64,000 bases of DNA, from positions 96,001 through 160,000 of IMG/VR virus record IMGVR_UViG_3300003690_000002; one strand, 5' to 3'. The DNA comes from a virus. How positions within the stretch are numbered: position 1 is the stretch's first letter; every line of letters begins with the position of its first letter. The position numbers and the translations under genes were made by a program. Shown here piece by piece: positions 61,764 through 64,000 of the stretch. Under the pieces are notes generated by a model. It made no database searches, had not been told where the DNA came from, and saw only the letters and a list, made by a program, of their open reading frames with translations.

Positions 61764-61821
61764 TGAGTGTCTCCTTTGTAACACGCTGCAAAATATCTAC
61801 TATAAATAGTGTTTTTGTTAT

Positions 61822-62064
61822 TTAAATGACCTTTAAGTGCTTACTTTTTTTCTGTAATCTTTTTAAAGCTTTATCTTGTATTTGTTTAATTCTCACAATA
61901 CTTAACTTGAGCCTTTTTGCAACTTCTTGTAGGGTCATTTCTGGTCTTTTGTTGACTGCAATTAAAGTGCAATTTAAATCGCTTTTATAATCAATCCAAT
62001 ATCTACAATCTTTAGCTGGACAATTAACATTATATTCTATGCAACATCTACTACATTTCTTCAT
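61822..62064 (-). CDS. Cys-rich protein with sigma70 region-4-like HTH
   Basis: CSRCC...CPAKDC...C then MTLQEVAKRLKLSIVRIKQIQDKALKRL. Confidence 0.75.
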   Translation of the reverse strand: MKKCSRCCIEYNVNCPAKDCRYWIDYKSDLNCTLIAVNKRPEMTLQEVAKRLKLSIVRIKQIQDKALKRLQKKSKHLKVI

Positions 62065-62389
62065 AAATCTGGATGCTCCTTTTCTAAAATATCAAAAATA
62101 TTTTCAATATCGTTTTTATTTATACCAAATTGATCAATGATTTTCTTTTCTTCTTGCTGTGCTTTTATTATTTTTTTTCTTTTGATTTTTGATATCTGTT
62201 TTTTCTCTTTAAGTTCTTCAATAAATGCTAAAACATATTTATTTTTATTAATATATCCCGCCACCATTTCATTAAAAAAATCACAAACCTTAATTTCATC
62301 ATAATTCAAACGAATTTTTAGCTCAGCATGAAGTTTATCTGTGCTTTGAAAGCATATCTTTTTAGCTGTATTTCCGTATTTAGTTTCTA

Positions 62390-63427
62390 TCATTCGCTTT
62401 TTCTCAAAATATGAGTCCAACCCTCTGCGTTCCCTGCTGGAGTTTGATAAATAAATTCTGATTTATTTTGTAATTCTTTAATATTTCTTGCACCTGTGTA
62501 AGACAGTCCCGACTTTATGCCATTATTTAAATCTGCTAGTATGTATTTTACACCGCCTCTATATGGAACAGTTGCAGAGATACCTTCATTAGAGGAATAT
62601 TCCCCTCTCCATTCAAATTGCGCCTCTTTGCTAGCCATTCCTCTATAAACTTTTCTTTTTATATTTGATGCTCTCGTGATTACGTCTCCTGGGGATTCGT
62701 CAGTACCGGCTAGCATTGATCCAAGCATTACAAAACTGGCTCCAGCAGCCAATGCTTTAACGGCGTCTCCGCTACTTCTAATCCCTCCATCCGCGATAAT
62801 CGGTATATTATGGTGCGTTTCAGAACAATCAAGTATTGTTTGTAGACCAGGTACTCCGTGTCCTGTTTGAATTCTTGTTGAGCAAATAGACCCGCCGCCG
62901 ATATTGCAGCGCACACTATCTGCGCCCCATTTCACAAGATCATTAAACCCCTCTAAGGTGGCTATATTTCCTGCCATTATATGAATCTCGTTTTTAATTG
63001 TATCTTTAATTGTTTTTAAGGCTCTCTCCATTAAAATATGATGACCATGTGCAATGTCTATACATAAAATATCTACCCCTCTCGTCGCTAGTGCAATTGC
63101 ACGTTCCAAATAATCTCCTGTTACACCGATGGCAGCACCAATATGTTCTCCGTCTTCTAATGTTTCATATGCTTCTTCGACAATTTTAGTTTGTTGTTTA
63201 ATATTATTATATCGATGTACTAATCCAAGACCACCTTGTTTCGCCATAGCAATTAACATATCTTTTCCAGTAACAGTATCCATAGGAGAGGATATGATAG
63301 GAATTGATAAACTAATTTTATCATCTAGTTGGCTCTCTAGCGTTATCTTTGAGCGACTTTCTATATCGCTGTATTGAGGTACCAAAAGAACATCATCGTA
63401 TGCTAATGTTTTAATTGCTGATATCAT
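62390..63427 (-). CDS. guaB: IMP dehydrogenase / GMP reductase family, no CBS subdomain
   Basis: YDDVLLVP; SSPMDTVT; DIAHGH; GGGSICSTR; IADGGIR; YRGMAS; EG; GuaB versus GuaC not resolved. Confidence 0.85.
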   Translation of the reverse strand: MISAIKTLAYDDVLLVPQYSDIESRSKITLESQLDDKISLSIPIISSPMDTVTGKDMLIAMAKQGGLGLVHRYNNIKQQTKIVEEAYETLEDGEHIGAAIGVTGDYLERAIALATRGVDILCIDIAHGHHILMERALKTIKDTIKNEIHIMAGNIATLEGFNDLVKWGADSVRCNIGGGSICSTRIQTGHGVPGLQTILDCSETHHNIPIIADGGIRSSGDAVKALAAGASFVMLGSMLAGTDESPGDVITRASNIKRKVYRGMASKEAQFEWRGEYSSNEGISATVPYRGGVKYILADLNNGIKSGLSYTGARNIKELQNKSEFIYQTPAGNAEGWTHILRKSE

Positions 63428-63745
63428 TTTTTATTCGTTTTCACAATCATTATATGTATTTTTATGCTCTAAATGTTGCTCAAATTCTTCTAGAATATTA
63501 ATTGCGAGTTTCCAACATTCGGGACAGTAAAGGTGCACACTCTTTTCTTGCTCTTTTACAATAACATACCAGGACTTTACCATATCTTTATCCAGTTTAT
63601 CATATGGCTGCCCACAAGTCAAACATTTTTCTGGAAGTTTATCAAATAAGCCAACCTTTGTGGAGATTTCTTTATTTAAATCTTTTTTCTTTTTATTTGT
63701 TTTATTTCTACTCAGTTTTCTTTCTAATGAACTCAAGGTCTTCTC

Positions 63746-64000
63746 CTATTTTATCGTTAAGTTTTTTAGTTGGTCGCCTGCCATCCAATTTAAATCTACG
63801 CGACCTTTAAGACCAGGGCATTCGCCCCACCCGCTATATTGCCACACACCCCACTCCTTCCAATTGCGCAGTTGGGCTTCGGGACCAACAAGCGGCTTTT
63901 TACGAATATAATTTGCCCACCATACAGGATATTCAGCAAATTTGACATGATCCTCAGCCTTCGCATTGCGTATATAGAGGTTCCATGCCCAGCGGGCTGT
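63746..64000 (-). CDS. GH25 muramidase (endolysin), C-terminal part truncated by window edge
   Basis: Hand translation YPVWWANY...WGVWQYSGWGECPGLKGRVDLNW. Confidence 0.8.
   Translation of the reverse strand, partial: TARWAWNLYIRNAKAEDHVKFAEYPVWWANYIRKKPLVGPEAQLRNWKEWGVWQYSGWGECPGLKGRVDLNWMAGDQLKNLTIK

Noticed and set aside
295-63911. Plus-strand ORFs in the ORF track other than 1391-2221
   Set aside because: They lie antisense to well-supported minus-strand genes and lack motifs or ribosome-binding sites; treated as shadow ORFs.
1-64000. Alternative genetic code (stop-codon reassignment)
   Set aside because: Conserved genes are full length in code 11 and TAA, TAG and TGA all terminate genes at sensible positions.

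Overview
This window is about 64 kb of a large, AT-rich tailed-phage (jumbo/huge phage-like) genome. It is read in standard code 11, and nearly every credible gene is on the minus strand; the exception is a lipoprotein serine protease at 1436-2221. There are three zones. (1) 1-27.3 kb and about 45-62 kb: late-type genes, most preceded by a shared CTA(A/T/G)TTA motif. Many begin with one of two conserved N-terminal leaders (MKLLLENWRxYLxE or MKLTKSKLKQIIKEE) fused to unrelated domains: Nudix, GNAT-like, ADP-ribosyltransferase, 2H phosphoesterase, nucleotidyltransferase, HAD nucleotidase, zincin. (2) About 27.5-44 kb: a more GC-rich early zone driven by sigma70-type promoters (TTGACA-N17, seven with TGAGATAAT). 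It holds arrays of small MKVGDLV (KOW/SH3-like) proteins joined by a dual-frame linker, a MoxR/vWA pair, tRNA-Leu(UAA) and a candidate structured ncRNA of about 430 nt. (3) Host-like genes spread throughout: tmRNA, def, groEL, hsp20, clpP, IMPDH/GMPR, guanylate kinase, PhoH, type II GAPDH, IscA, a Mom-like DNA modifier next to a PD-(D/E)xK-like nuclease, and a partial GH25 lysin. A GltF/CglF-like protein, a CxxxDNDCDG-repeat vWA lipoprotein, the tmRNA tag and a GC-rich iscA point to a Myxococcota/Bdellovibrionota-type host (inference). The most promising undescribed items are the leader-tagged cargo system, the 32.0-32.5 kb RNA unit, the dual-frame KOW array junction, the Mom plus nuclease pair and the hsp20 5-prime hairpin. 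Family assignments come from motif recognition by eye, not database searches.
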